Part shown: in pieces, positions 38,404 through 48,006 of the stretch | Numbering within the stretch: position 1 is the first letter of the stretch | Layout: every line of letters starts with the position of its first letter | The notes under the pieces: model-generated | Databases searched by the model: none | What the model was told of the DNA's origin: nothing | What the model saw: the letters and a program-made list of their open reading frames with translations, nothing else | Translations under genes and position numbers: made by a program | Origin: a virus | Lineage: Duplodnaviria; Caudoviricetes | IMG/VR virus record: IMGVR_UViG_3300033273_000167 | Location: 1 to 56,374 of that record | Direction: 5' to 3' (one strand) | Length of the DNA stretch: 56,374 bases

Positions 38404-39723
38404 ATGGATAAAAATATTTTTGAAGAAGGTCCTCGCAGAGGTCATGCCGCCGGAGATACGAGTATTGAGCAGCAAGCATCACAACTTGCTTCTGATATTA
38501 GGTATAAAGCAAGACAAAAAATGAAGGGAACTTCGGGATCTAACATGAGTCCTGGACAAGTTCAGCAACTTTATAGATCTTTGCTTGGATCTTCAACAGC
38601 ACCAGGTGCCGTCAAGGCAATTGTAAAGAAGAAATTATTCAAGGAGCAAGTAGATACTGGTGTTATTCCTGTATCTGAACATCTTCAAGGTTCTTCGTCT
38701 GACGTTCTTACTAGAGTTTTTTCGGAAGCAGAAGATAGAAAGTTTGTTATCAAGGTAGTAGATAAGGCAACTGGTAATACTTCTTATAGAAAAGCAGATC
38801 GTGCTAAGATTGCCGAACTGAGAGCAAACAAAAATATTTCTTCCGTTGAGATCACTGGTCGTAAAGAACCAGATGCTGCCTATAAGGGTGATCCAAAATC
38901 AAACTATGGTGGCAAAAAAGCAAAGAAAGATTATGATGGTGACGGAAAAATTGAATCCGGAACTGCAGAGTACATGGGTTCAAGAGACAAAGCCATCAAA
39001 AAAGCAATGGCAAAGGAAGAGTTTATTGCTGATGCAAAAGAAGAGGATAAGGAAGATAAGAAACTTGATGTGATGAAGGGTAAGAATGAGGTTAAAATCA
39101 ATCCTTCCCTTGGAGAATCAATCAAAGCAGAACTTGATGCTCTGAAAGCAAAAAAAGTTGAAGAAGCAATGGCTGCAGCAAAAGCAGCAGGTCCTTCTCC
39201 TGAAGAAAAACAGCAACTTATGAATAAGGATAAGATGTTGAAGAAAAAAATTATGATGCAGAAGCAGATAATGCAGATGCAAAAGCAAGGAAGACTTCCT
39301 CTGAATTATAGTGAAGAGTGTGAAAAGTGTGGTGGAGATCATGATACCAAAGATCATGATGGTAAGAAAGCAGAAAAGGATGGTACTTTTGATGCATTGA
39401 GAACAATGAAACCCGATGCTGAAAAAGATGATCCAAGATCAATGCCAACCAAAATCAATCTTGCTAAGAACAAGTTGAGAGCAATGGGTCTCAAGATGTC
39501 TTATGATATGGAAGGTGAAATGACTGAAGAATTATCTATTGATCAGCAGATGAAAATCTCTCAGGATTATAATAGAATGACTCCTGAGCAGAAGAAAGCA
39601 GCAGTTAAGAAAGCATTATCTGGTATTAAAAAAGGTACTCCTAAAAAGGACACCAGAACTGATGCTCAGAAAATGACTGATGCAACTGGTCCTCGTCCTG
39701 GTTCTCGTTACAGAGGTGACTGA
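38404..39723 (+). CDS. Hypothetical highly charged protein (possible internal virion protein)
   Basis: 439 aa, K/E/M-rich, DYDGDGKIE motif; late promoter at 38361. Confidence 0.8.
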   Translation: MDKNIFEEGPRRGHAAGDTSIEQQASQLASDIRYKARQKMKGTSGSNMSPGQVQQLYRSLLGSSTAPGAVKAIVKKKLFKEQVDTGVIPVSEHLQGSSSDVLTRVFSEAEDRKFVIKVVDKATGNTSYRKADRAKIAELRANKNISSVEITGRKEPDAAYKGDPKSNYGGKKAKKDYDGDGKIESGTAEYMGSRDKAIKKAMAKEEFIADAKEEDKEDKKLDVMKGKNEVKINPSLGESIKAELDALKAKKVEEAMAAAKAAGPSPEEKQQLMNKDKMLKKKIMMQKQIMQMQKQGRLPLNYSEECEKCGGDHDTKDHDGKKAEKDGTFDALRTMKPDAEKDDPRSMPTKINLAKNKLRAMGLKMSYDMEGEMTEELSIDQQMKISQDYNRMTPEQKKAAVKKALSGIKKGTPKKDTRTDAQKMTDATGPRPGSRYRGD

Positions 39724-40079
39724 TGCCTGCCGTATCTAAAGCACAGCAACGGTTTATGGGTATGGTCCATGCCGTGAAGAAGGGAGATATGGCAGCACCT
39801 TCTCCCGAAGTTGCTCAAGCAGCAGCATCAATGAAGAAGAAAGATGCGAAAGATTTTGCATCAACAAAGCACAAAGGTCTTCCTGAAAAGAAAGTTGCAA
39901 AGGAAGAAACTAAGTATGACAGATATGACAGAGAGAAAAAAGAATTTGCCAAGTCAGATAAAAGAATGAAGTTTGGTAAATTTTATGCTCAAGCAAAAGA
40001 TGCAAGAGATCGTCTTCGTCCTGGTGAAGTTAGAAGATATGATAAAGAAAAAGGAAGATATGTATCAAATAAAGGATGA
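39723..40079 (+). CDS. Hypothetical basic protein (DUF3008-like N-terminus)
   Basis: MPAVSKAQQRFMG...FASTKHKGLPEK. Confidence 0.75.
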   Translation: MPAVSKAQQRFMGMVHAVKKGDMAAPSPEVAQAAASMKKKDAKDFASTKHKGLPEKKVAKEETKYDRYDREKKEFAKSDKRMKFGKFYAQAKDARDRLRPGEVRRYDKEKGRYVSNKG

Positions 40080-40112
40080 ATGTCTATATAGAATAGACTT
40101 ATAGTATAGATC

Positions 40113-40316
40113 ATGTTAGCATTTTTACTTCCACTCGCATCAAAGGTAATCAGAGATGCCGTCGCAAAGATTCCTGAAAATGAGGAACTCGGTGAGAAAC
40201 TCATTGAGATCTGTCTTGTTATTCTTTCTAAAGCGGTTAAGTTAACCAAGACCGATATGGACGATCAACTTCTTGAGGTTGTTGCCAAGGCAATCAAGAA
40301 CAGAGAAGCTGAATAA
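40113..40316 (+). CDS. Hypothetical protein
   Basis: 67 aa, LTKTDMDDQLL. Confidence 0.75.
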   Translation: MLAFLLPLASKVIRDAVAKIPENEELGEKLIEICLVILSKAVKLTKTDMDDQLLEVVAKAIKNREAE

Positions 40317-40360
40317 TATATAAATATCTGTATAAGAAATTTTTATAAAGGTAAGGGAAC

Positions 40361-40918
40361 ATGGCTCTTTGGGGCAATAAAGACTTAGTAACTGCTACTG
40401 GAACTATTTCAATTGATGTTAGTGCGTTGACTGTAACTGGTAATTCAACTCAATTTTCTACACATGGTGTAAGTGAAGGTGATGTTATCACCGTTGGTGC
40501 AGGTGCTACTTATGGTTATGCAATTGTCGAATCTGTTGCAAGTAATACATCTTTGACAATTAGTGATGTTGAATCGCTTGTATCTCCACATAACAGTGAA
40601 ACTGGAACTGACGTTCCTGCTGGTGCAACATTTGAAATTTCGACAGAACCACTTTATACTGTAAAGGATTCTACTTATAGAGCACCTGCAGCAAAGACTA
40701 CTGGATTTTCAACTAGTCCTGTGACTACCAGTGTGTATGGTATTGATGAAAATGAAGTTAGTACTGCATCTACAACTGCATATGCTGTAGGTCACTCTGG
40801 ATGGGTTGGTATTACTACTTATACTGATACTCACGGAAATCTGAGAGTTAAGCATGAAGTTCTTGTTGCTGGAGGAATTTTAACTACTGCAGATAGTGTT
40901 GAGGAAAATTTGATTTGA
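40361..40918 (+). CDS. Putative virion structural protein
   Basis: MALWG start, Thr/Ser/Gly-rich, HSGWVG...RVKHEVLVA; late promoter at 40319. Confidence 0.7.
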   Translation: MALWGNKDLVTATGTISIDVSALTVTGNSTQFSTHGVSEGDVITVGAGATYGYAIVESVASNTSLTISDVESLVSPHNSETGTDVPAGATFEISTEPLYTVKDSTYRAPAAKTTGFSTSPVTTSVYGIDENEVSTASTTAYAVGHSGWVGITTYTDTHGNLRVKHEVLVAGGILTTADSVEENLI

Positions 40919-40929
40919 TGTAACAGAAT

Positions 40930-41301
40930 ATGAGATTTGATGAGTTGAATGATAGTAACTATTTACTCTTTGCTATAAAATTTTACGATAATCCTCAGGC
41001 AGTAACCAAGGATGATTTTGAAGACGATTTGAAACGTATCAAATACATCAAGAGGTTGCTAAAAAGATACAAAAATAGTGGGGAACTCAAAACTCATCTC
41101 ATATTAAATCATTTAACTGTCTTATTTAATGTTTTTAATGATGCAGCAGTTCCCTTACTGTTCTATAATTTGGAACGTGATCTTTGGCCTTATATAAAGA
41201 GTTTTCTGTTATTTTTGAATAGGATACCAGAGTATCCAAGAACAATAATCAATGATATTAAAGAGGACAGTTATTGTTTATCAGAGTTGCATTCAATCTA
41301 A
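40930..41301 (+). CDS. Hypothetical T4-like phage protein
   Basis: YDNPQ, DLKRIKYIKRL, LILNHL. Confidence 0.8.
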   Translation: MRFDELNDSNYLLFAIKFYDNPQAVTKDDFEDDLKRIKYIKRLLKRYKNSGELKTHLILNHLTVLFNVFNDAAVPLLFYNLERDLWPYIKSFLLFLNRIPEYPRTIINDIKEDSYCLSELHSI

Positions 41302-41510
41302 TGGACGATAAAAGATTAGAAAATATAATAAATATGGTTCGTTCTCTTAGTTTTAAAGAAGATGCACCAACAATGAGTAGTGCCGCTGGAGGAATCGCAG
41401 GAATTAGACCTGGAGAAGATCCTCCTGTAAACTTAAAAAAGAAAAGACCACCAATCATTGCCAGAGGATTGATGCCTGGTGCAAGAAAGAGATGGAGTGG
41501 TAAAGGATAA
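41301..41510 (+). CDS. Hypothetical protein
   Basis: ATG overlaps the upstream TAA; EDAPTMS, PGARKRW. Confidence 0.7.
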   Translation: MDDKRLENIINMVRSLSFKEDAPTMSSAAGGIAGIRPGEDPPVNLKKKRPPIIARGLMPGARKRWSGKG

Positions 41511-41920
41511 TGTTCTCAGATCCAAAGGTGGCAGTCCTTGAATCTAAACTCGATATGTATGAGGATCTCTCTAGGGAGATGCTCGCAAAGTTAGAGTCTG
41601 CTGTAGAGAAGATATCAGAAGGTAATAATCGTATTGCTCAAATTCTTACGAAGCACGATGAAAGAATTGAGCAGAGTATGAAGACAGATACTCTAATCAT
41701 TAAAATGATTGATGAGTTGAAAGAATCGGAAGAAAAGAATAATAAAATCATCCACGAAAGAATTGATAGAATACAAGTAGAAATTAAAGCATTCTCCAAG
41801 TTCAGATGGCAGGTGGGAGGAGTTCTGATCGTTGGAGCACTGATCTTAGGTGTCGGTAGTAGAATCGCACCTTTCTTGTTGACTCCTGAATCACAGCAAG
41901 TTATAATAGAGAGACAGTAA
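41510..41920 (+). CDS. Coiled-coil protein with a C-terminal TM helix
   Basis: Heptad-rich region followed by WQVGGVLIVGALILGVG. Confidence 0.75.
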   Translation: MFSDPKVAVLESKLDMYEDLSREMLAKLESAVEKISEGNNRIAQILTKHDERIEQSMKTDTLIIKMIDELKESEEKNNKIIHERIDRIQVEIKAFSKFRWQVGGVLIVGALILGVGSRIAPFLLTPESQQVIIERQ

Positions 41921-41932
41921 AAATCTCTTGTA

Positions 41933-42904
41933 ATGGATCTGGTTGACTCCAAATATATTGGTCTAGTATCTTCTCGTCTCCAGAAATTCAAGAGAGTAAA
42001 AGATAATCTTTATAACTTCCGGTGCCCTATCTGTGGGGACTCGCAGAAGAATAAAAACAAGACACGGGGATACATCTACCAGGTCAAGAATAACACTAAC
42101 TTCAAGTGCCATAACTGTGGTGCTAGCATGTCTTTCAATAACTTTGTGAAGCATGTAGATCCAACACTTCACAAACAGTATACCCTTGAAAAGTTTAAGG
42201 AGGGACATACTGGTAGAAACTTTGTGGTCGAAGCACCTAAACTGGAATTTACCAAACCAGTTTTCAAAAAATCAATTAATCTTCCAAAGGCATCAAGTGA
42301 TCCTGTGGCAAAAGAATATCTGGTAAATCGAAAGATTGATCCTGATAAGTTTTATTTTGCTGACAAGTTCATGGAGTGGACGAATACGCAAAAAAGAACA
42401 TTCGACACCATCACTAGGGACGAGAGTCGCATCGTGATACCAATGTATGATGGTGACAAGAATTTGATTGGTTTTCAGGGTAGAGCACTGGGAAAATCAT
42501 TCACTAAATATATCACCGTGATGTTAGACGAGGAGGCACCAAAAGTTTATGGACTCGACTCAATTGACAAAACCTCTCCCGTCTACATTACAGAAGGTCC
42601 TTTTGACTCAACGTTCATTCGCAACTCGATTGCTATGTGTGGAGCTGATGCTGATATCAGTAGTTGGGGGATTAGCAATCCTGTGTGGGTCTATGATAAC
42701 GAACCACGCAACAGAGAAATTGTCGAACGAATCCGAAAGACAATTGACACTGGTGACTCCATAGTTATTTGGCCAACTAATATCGAACAGAAGGACATCA
42801 ATGATATGGTTCTTGCTGGACATGATGTTATGTCTATGTTAGAATTGAATACCTATTCAGGACTACAAGCAAAGATTAAATTTAACAACTGGAAAAAAAT
42901 ATGA
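41933..42904 (+). CDS. gp61: DNA primase
   Basis: CPICGDS/CHNC zinc finger, TEGPFDS TOPRIM motif, YDNEPR, KDIND. Confidence 0.96.
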   Translation: MDLVDSKYIGLVSSRLQKFKRVKDNLYNFRCPICGDSQKNKNKTRGYIYQVKNNTNFKCHNCGASMSFNNFVKHVDPTLHKQYTLEKFKEGHTGRNFVVEAPKLEFTKPVFKKSINLPKASSDPVAKEYLVNRKIDPDKFYFADKFMEWTNTQKRTFDTITRDESRIVIPMYDGDKNLIGFQGRALGKSFTKYITVMLDEEAPKVYGLDSIDKTSPVYITEGPFDSTFIRNSIAMCGADADISSWGISNPVWVYDNEPRNREIVERIRKTIDTGDSIVIWPTNIEQKDINDMVLAGHDVMSMLELNTYSGLQAKIKFNNWKKI

Positions 42905-45198
42905 GCAACGGTACGAAGGTCGTAAAGAGAAACGGAAAAACAGAACCTCTTGATTTGAATAAACTTCATGTCATGGTTGAGGAAGCATGTAAAGACCTGG
43001 CAGGTGTTTCTGCAAGTCAAGTAGAGATCCAGTCTGGTATTCAGTTTTATGATGGTATTACTACTGCAGAGATTCAGGAGATCCTGATTCGTTCTGCAAG
43101 TGATTTGATTGATCTAGACCACCCCAACTATCAGTTTGTTGCAGCAAGGTTGCTTTTGTTTGCCACTCGTAAGCAACTGTATGGTCGTATGCATGAAACT
43201 CCAACAGTAAGAAAGCATGTTGAGCAATGTGTTGAACGTGGAGTCTATGATTCTGAGATCTTAGATCTGTATACAGAAGAAGAGTTTGACAAACTCCAAG
43301 CAATGATTGATCATCATCGTGATTATCTGTTCACATATGCTGGATTACGGCAGGTTGTGGATAAATATCTAGTACAGGATAGAAGTAGTGGGACTCTTTA
43401 CGAAACCCCACAGTTCATGTATCTTTTGATTGCTGCAACTATCTTTTCAAAATACCCTAAAGAGACACGTCTCGATTACGTAAAGAAGTACTATGACGCA
43501 ATCTCCAGGCACAAAATCAACATTCCCACACCTATCATGGCAGGAGTGCGAACTCCATTGCGACAATATGCTAGCTGTGTTCTTGTTGATGTTGATGACA
43601 CCCTCGATAGTATCTTTAGCTCTGATATGGCAATTGGCAAATACGTTGCACAAAGGGCGGGAATCGGTATCAACGCAGGTAGAATCCGTGGCATCAACAG
43701 TAAGATCAGAGACGGAGAAGTGCAGCACACAGGTGTTGTCCCATTTCTCAAAAAGTTTGAGGCAACTGTCCGATGCTGCACTCAAAATGGCATCAGAGGT
43801 GGATCAGCAACTGTCCACTTTCCAATCTGGCACCAAGAAATCGAAGATATCTTAGTTCTTAAGAATAACAAAGGAACAGAAGACAATCGCGTAAGAAAAC
43901 TTGACTACTCTATTCAAATCTCGAAAATCTTTTACGAAAGATTTATCAAAAACGAAGATATCAGTCTATTCTCACCTCACGATGTCCCAGGTTTGTACGA
44001 TGCTTTTGGGACTGATGATTTTGATAACCTCTATCTGGGTTATGAACAAGATGGATCAATTCCACGCAAGACTATCGGAGGTCAAGAGTTATTTTTCGAC
44101 CTCTTGAAAGAGAGGGCAGAAACTGGTAGAATCTACATCATGAACATCGACCATTGTAATTCTCACTCGTCCTTTATGGACAAGGTTGAGATGAGCAATC
44201 TGTGTCAAGAGATCACTCTCCCTACCAAACCACTCCAACACATAGACGATCCAGATGGTGAAATTGCTCTTTGCATTCTTAGCGCTATTAATGTTGGTAA
44301 AATTAGGGATCTTGAGGATCTTGATGTTCTTTGTGATCTTGCTGTTAGGAGTCTTGATGAACTCATTGATTTTCAGGGATATCCTGTCAGAGCAGCAGAG
44401 ATTGCAACGAGAGCACGTCGTTCGTTAGGTATTGGGTTCATTGGACTCGCACATTATATTGCCAAGAATGGCACTGTCTATGACGATCCTGAGACCTGGA
44501 AACTGGTTCATGATCTAACTGAAGCATTCCAGTATTATCTGATTCGTGCTACAGTAGAACTTGCCAAAGAAAAAGGTGCCTGCGAGTATAGCAGCCGAAC
44601 AAAATATGGCAATGGAATTCTTCCAATTGATACATACAAAAAGGACGTAGACGAGATTGTTCCGAATGAGCTTCACTATGATTGGGAGGGTCTTAGGTCC
44701 GACATTCTTGAATATGGAGTACGGAACTCAACACTGTCCGCACAAATGCCTTCAGAGAGCAGTTCCGTTGTGTCAAATGCAACCAACGGAATCGAACCAC
44801 CTAGAGGATACTTGTCCATTAAGAAAAGCAAAAAAGGACCACTCAAGCAGATTGTTCCTCAATATGCTACTCTCAAGAATCATTACGATCTTCTCTGGGA
44901 GATGAATTCTAATCGTGGTTATATCAATGTTGTTGCAGTGATGCAAAAGTTCTTTGATCAGGCAATTTCTGGTAACTGGAGTTATAATCCAGAACACTAT
45001 CCTAACAATGAAATTCCTGTGTCAGTTATGGCACAAGATCTTTTAACTACATATAAGTACGGTTGGAAGACCAGTTATTATCAAAATACATATGATATCA
45101 AGACTGATGAGGTAGAGGAATCTACAGAGTCACTTGATAGTTTAATTTCTCAACTAGAACAAGCCGAGGAGGAAGAGTGTGAGTCTTGTAAAATTTAA
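42901..45198 (+). CDS. nrdA: Class Ia ribonucleotide reductase alpha subunit
   Basis: ATP-cone VVKRNG, PTPIMAG, SNLCQEI, KTSYY, C-terminal CESC. Confidence 0.98.
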   Translation: MSNGTKVVKRNGKTEPLDLNKLHVMVEEACKDLAGVSASQVEIQSGIQFYDGITTAEIQEILIRSASDLIDLDHPNYQFVAARLLLFATRKQLYGRMHETPTVRKHVEQCVERGVYDSEILDLYTEEEFDKLQAMIDHHRDYLFTYAGLRQVVDKYLVQDRSSGTLYETPQFMYLLIAATIFSKYPKETRLDYVKKYYDAISRHKINIPTPIMAGVRTPLRQYASCVLVDVDDTLDSIFSSDMAIGKYVAQRAGIGINAGRIRGINSKIRDGEVQHTGVVPFLKKFEATVRCCTQNGIRGGSATVHFPIWHQEIEDILVLKNNKGTEDNRVRKLDYSIQISKIFYERFIKNEDISLFSPHDVPGLYDAFGTDDFDNLYLGYEQDGSIPRKTIGGQELFFDLLKERAETGRIYIMNIDHCNSHSSFMDKVEMSNLCQEITLPTKPLQHIDDPDGEIALCILSAINVGKIRDLEDLDVLCDLAVRSLDELIDFQGYPVRAAEIATRARRSLGIGFIGLAHYIAKNGTVYDDPETWKLVHDLTEAFQYYLIRATVELAKEKGACEYSSRTKYGNGILPIDTYKKDVDEIVPNELHYDWEGLRSDILEYGVRNSTLSAQMPSESSSVVSNATNGIEPPRGYLSIKKSKKGPLKQIVPQYATLKNHYDLLWEMNSNRGYINVVAVMQKFFDQAISGNWSYNPEHYPNNEIPVSVMAQDLLTTYKYGWKTSYYQNTYDIKTDEVEESTESLDSLISQLEQAEEEECESCKI

Positions 45199-46363
45199 GA
45201 CAAACAAAGAAGAACGTCCAAAGGTCGATTCAATGACCGTTTTCAACGCAGAAGAAGTTGATACCAAAAAACAACCAATGTTTTTTGGAAAACCACTAGG
45301 TATTCAAAGATATGATTCTTACAAGTATCCAGTCTTTGACAAACTCACAACACAACAACTTGGATATTTCTGGAGACCTGAAGAGGTCTCCCTCCAAAAA
45401 GACCGTGCGGACTATCAGACATTACGCCCTGAGCAGAAGCACATTTTTACCAGCAATCTTAAGTATCAGATCATGCTGGATTCTGTACAAGGGCGTGGTC
45501 CTGGGATGGCTTTTATCCCTTACTGTTCACTCCCTGAGTTAGAAGCATGTATGGAAGTCTGGGGATTCATGGAAATGATCCACAGTCGTTCATACACACA
45601 TATCATCAAGAACGTCTATTCAGACCCTTCAGATGTGTTTGATCACATTCTGAATGATGATCGTATCGTAGAACGTGCCATGAGTGTTACTCAGGCATAT
45701 AATGATTTCATTAATGCTGCACACCAGTATGATAATTCACAAGAGTGGGCACACGCATTAGAACAAGTCCCCTACGCACAAGACGCAAGGTATGAACTCA
45801 AGCGCAAACTCTTCAGAGCAGTTGCAAATGTTAATATTCTTGAAGGTATTCGCTTTTACGTATCCTTTGCTTGCAGTTTTGCTTTTGGCGAACTCAAACT
45901 TATGGAAGGAAGTGCAAAAATCATCGGTCTGATTGCCAGAGATGAGAATCAGCATCTTGCCATCACTCAGAATATTCTGAAGAAGTGGAGAGAGGGTGAT
46001 GATCCGGAGATGAAGAGAATCTTCCAGGAGGAGGAGCAGTGGTTGATCAATACTTTTGAGAATTGTGTCAACCAAGAAAAACTTTGGGCAGAGTATCTGT
46101 TCAAGGATGGATCTATGATTGGTTTGAATGATAAACTGCTTCAGCAGTATGTAGAATGGATTGCCAATCGTAGGATGAAAGCAATCGGACTCAAACCAAT
46201 CTATGACATACCTGCAAAGAATAATCCACTTCCTTGGACAGAGCATTGGATTTCTTCCAAAGGACTCCAAGTTGCACCACAAGAAACCGAAGTCGAATCC
46301 TATATCGTTGGAGGAATCAAGCAAGACGTTACAGAAAACACCTTCGCAGGATTCTCATTATGA
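45179..46363 (+). CDS. nrdB: Ribonucleotide reductase beta subunit
   Basis: FWRPEEV, EMIHSRSY, LEGIRFY, RDENQH, VAPQETE. Confidence 0.98.
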   Translation: MSLVKFKTNKEERPKVDSMTVFNAEEVDTKKQPMFFGKPLGIQRYDSYKYPVFDKLTTQQLGYFWRPEEVSLQKDRADYQTLRPEQKHIFTSNLKYQIMLDSVQGRGPGMAFIPYCSLPELEACMEVWGFMEMIHSRSYTHIIKNVYSDPSDVFDHILNDDRIVERAMSVTQAYNDFINAAHQYDNSQEWAHALEQVPYAQDARYELKRKLFRAVANVNILEGIRFYVSFACSFAFGELKLMEGSAKIIGLIARDENQHLAITQNILKKWREGDDPEMKRIFQEEEQWLINTFENCVNQEKLWAEYLFKDGSMIGLNDKLLQQYVEWIANRRMKAIGLKPIYDIPAKNNPLPWTEHWISSKGLQVAPQETEVESYIVGGIKQDVTENTFAGFSL

Positions 46364-46466
46364 TGAATTTGAGGCATTCCGTGAGGATGCCCTAAGAGCA
46401 TATAGAGACGCAGCATTGTCTGACGCATATATGTTTGGTGACTATGATGGATATGAAGCATATAAG

Positions 46467-46493
46467 GAGGGTCAATAAGACCCTCTTTTTTTT
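46467..46493 (+). terminator. Rho-independent terminator fused to a late promoter
   Basis: GAGGGTC-AATAA-GACCCTC-T8 running into TATAAATA. Confidence 0.85.
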
Positions 46494-46528
46494 ATAAATA
46501 TCCTTATAAAGGGTATAAAGAAATTAAG

Positions 46529-47587
46529 ATGAAATCCTTATCGCAATCAGAATACGGAGAACTTAGGGATCTCTACAGTAGTGTCTACGCTCCCAAAGAA
46601 GATACTATCCTTGAAGGTTTTACAGATGAAGATCTGGATTTAACTGACGAAGAGATTGAAGAGCAAGTAGAAGAATTCTTTCTTGAGTGTATTGAAGAAG
46701 GATATGACATCGATGAGATTGAAAGAGTAATTTGTGAAGCAGTAGATGCAGAGTTGGAAGTTCTTAATGAGGTAACCAGCCCAGCAAAGGTTGCTGCCGC
46801 AAGAACAAAACTGAATGTTAGTAAGCAAAAAGTTGGTGGTTCTTCAGAGAAGAAAGCATCCACACTTTCCAGAGTCAAGAGTGCTGCCAGCAAGGTCAAG
46901 TCTGGTCTTAAAGCAGCAGGTAAGGCAGTACAGGGTACTGTAGGAGTTACCGCAAGAGCAGTAGGAACGGCACAGAGAGCAGCTAGTGCAGTTAAGGGTG
47001 CTGCCAAGAAAGGATATGAGAGAGGCAGATACGGTTCCAGTGGGAAACCTTCTTCTAGTTCTTCATCATCAGGTGGCGGATCTTCCTCTGATTCTTCCTC
47101 AAGTGGATCTTCTTCATCAGGTAGCTCCTCTTCTGGAGGTGGTGGTTCATCATCAGGTGGATCTTCCGCAGCACCTAAGAAGAGAAAGGATGGTCTTCTG
47201 AAGAGAGGATTGAAGAAACTTGTTAGAGGCATCAGTAAGGGTGTCTCTACTGCTGCAGGAGCAGTCAAGGCTGGTGCTGATTCAGTCACTGACAGAGCAA
47301 GAAAAGAAGAGTTGGAAGCAACCGGATTGTTCTCTGACAAGGAGATTGAAGCAATCATGGAAGCAGAAATGAGTGAGGGTTACAAAGAGATTGATGCTAA
47401 AAAGCACGGTCGCATGTATGACAGATACAAGAAACTGAGATCTGCTGCTATCAAGGATGCTCAGGATTCTGGTGAAGCATCTGGAACAAACAGAATGAAG
47501 ATGGGTAAGATGAGTGCTGTTATTGACAAGTCCTCTGAAAATCTGAGAAAGAAGCAAACTAAAGATCAACTCACCGGTAGAGGTTGA
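46529..47587 (+). CDS. Hypothetical protein with acidic N-terminus, Ala/Lys-rich core and Ser/Gly tract
   Basis: 352-aa ORF with its own late promoter and terminator. Confidence 0.8.
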   Translation: MKSLSQSEYGELRDLYSSVYAPKEDTILEGFTDEDLDLTDEEIEEQVEEFFLECIEEGYDIDEIERVICEAVDAELEVLNEVTSPAKVAAARTKLNVSKQKVGGSSEKKASTLSRVKSAASKVKSGLKAAGKAVQGTVGVTARAVGTAQRAASAVKGAAKKGYERGRYGSSGKPSSSSSSSGGGSSSDSSSSGSSSSGSSSSGGGGSSSGGSSAAPKKRKDGLLKRGLKKLVRGISKGVSTAAGAVKAGADSVTDRARKEELEATGLFSDKEIEAIMEAEMSEGYKEIDAKKHGRMYDRYKKLRSAAIKDAQDSGEASGTNRMKMGKMSAVIDKSSENLRKKQTKDQLTGRG

Positions 47588-47612
47588 TATAAAACTCACA
47601 TAATTCTTTGAG

Positions 47613-47643
47613 AAAGAGAGGTCGCATAGACCTCTCTTTTTTT
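47613..47643 (+). terminator. Rho-independent terminator fused to a late promoter
   Basis: AAAGAGAGGTC-GCATA-GACCTCTCTTT plus T-run, then TATAAATA. Confidence 0.85.
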
Positions 47644-47658
47644 ATAAATAAAAATAAA

Positions 47659-47943
47659 ATGCCAATAACAGAAGCACAAAGAAAACGGTGGTCAGAAAGA
47701 GCAGATTACATAAGAAGTAGAAAAAATATTCCTTGTATGGACTGTGGTCAAACTTTCCCTGACTATTGTATGGATTTTCATCATTTAGACGAGGAAACGA
47801 AAAGTGAAGCTATAGGCAGAAGTTCTTTCATTAGCAAAATGTCTATGAGGTCCAAGAAAGTAATTGATGAAGAAATTGAAAAATGTGTGATTGTATGTGC
47901 GTGTTGTCACAGAAAAAGGCATCATGCACTTGACAAATCATAA
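47659..47943 (+). CDS. HNH endonuclease
   Basis: CMDC, MDFHH, KCVIVCACCHRKRH. Confidence 0.85.
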   Translation: MPITEAQRKRWSERADYIRSRKNIPCMDCGQTFPDYCMDFHHLDEETKSEAIGRSSFISKMSMRSKKVIDEEIEKCVIVCACCHRKRHHALDKS

Positions 47944-47958
47944 AAAACTACCTAGAAT
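47930..47958 (+). promoter_or_regulatory. Sigma70-type promoter
   Basis: TTGACA-N17-TAGAAT. Confidence 0.75.
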
Positions 47959-48006
47959 AGGTTTGTTCCCGTTAAAGATAAATAATAGCTCATTGAGATC
48001 TATAAG

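Noticed and set aside
29134-46363. Introns or inteins in gp43, gp41, nrdA or nrdB
   Set aside because: All are continuous ORFs of normal length with no intein-like insertions.
47040-47170. Repetitive TCT/TCA/GGT tract as a repeat array or CRISPR
   Set aside because: It encodes a Ser/Gly low-complexity linker and has no constant repeat-spacer periodicity. No CRISPR array was seen anywhere in the window.
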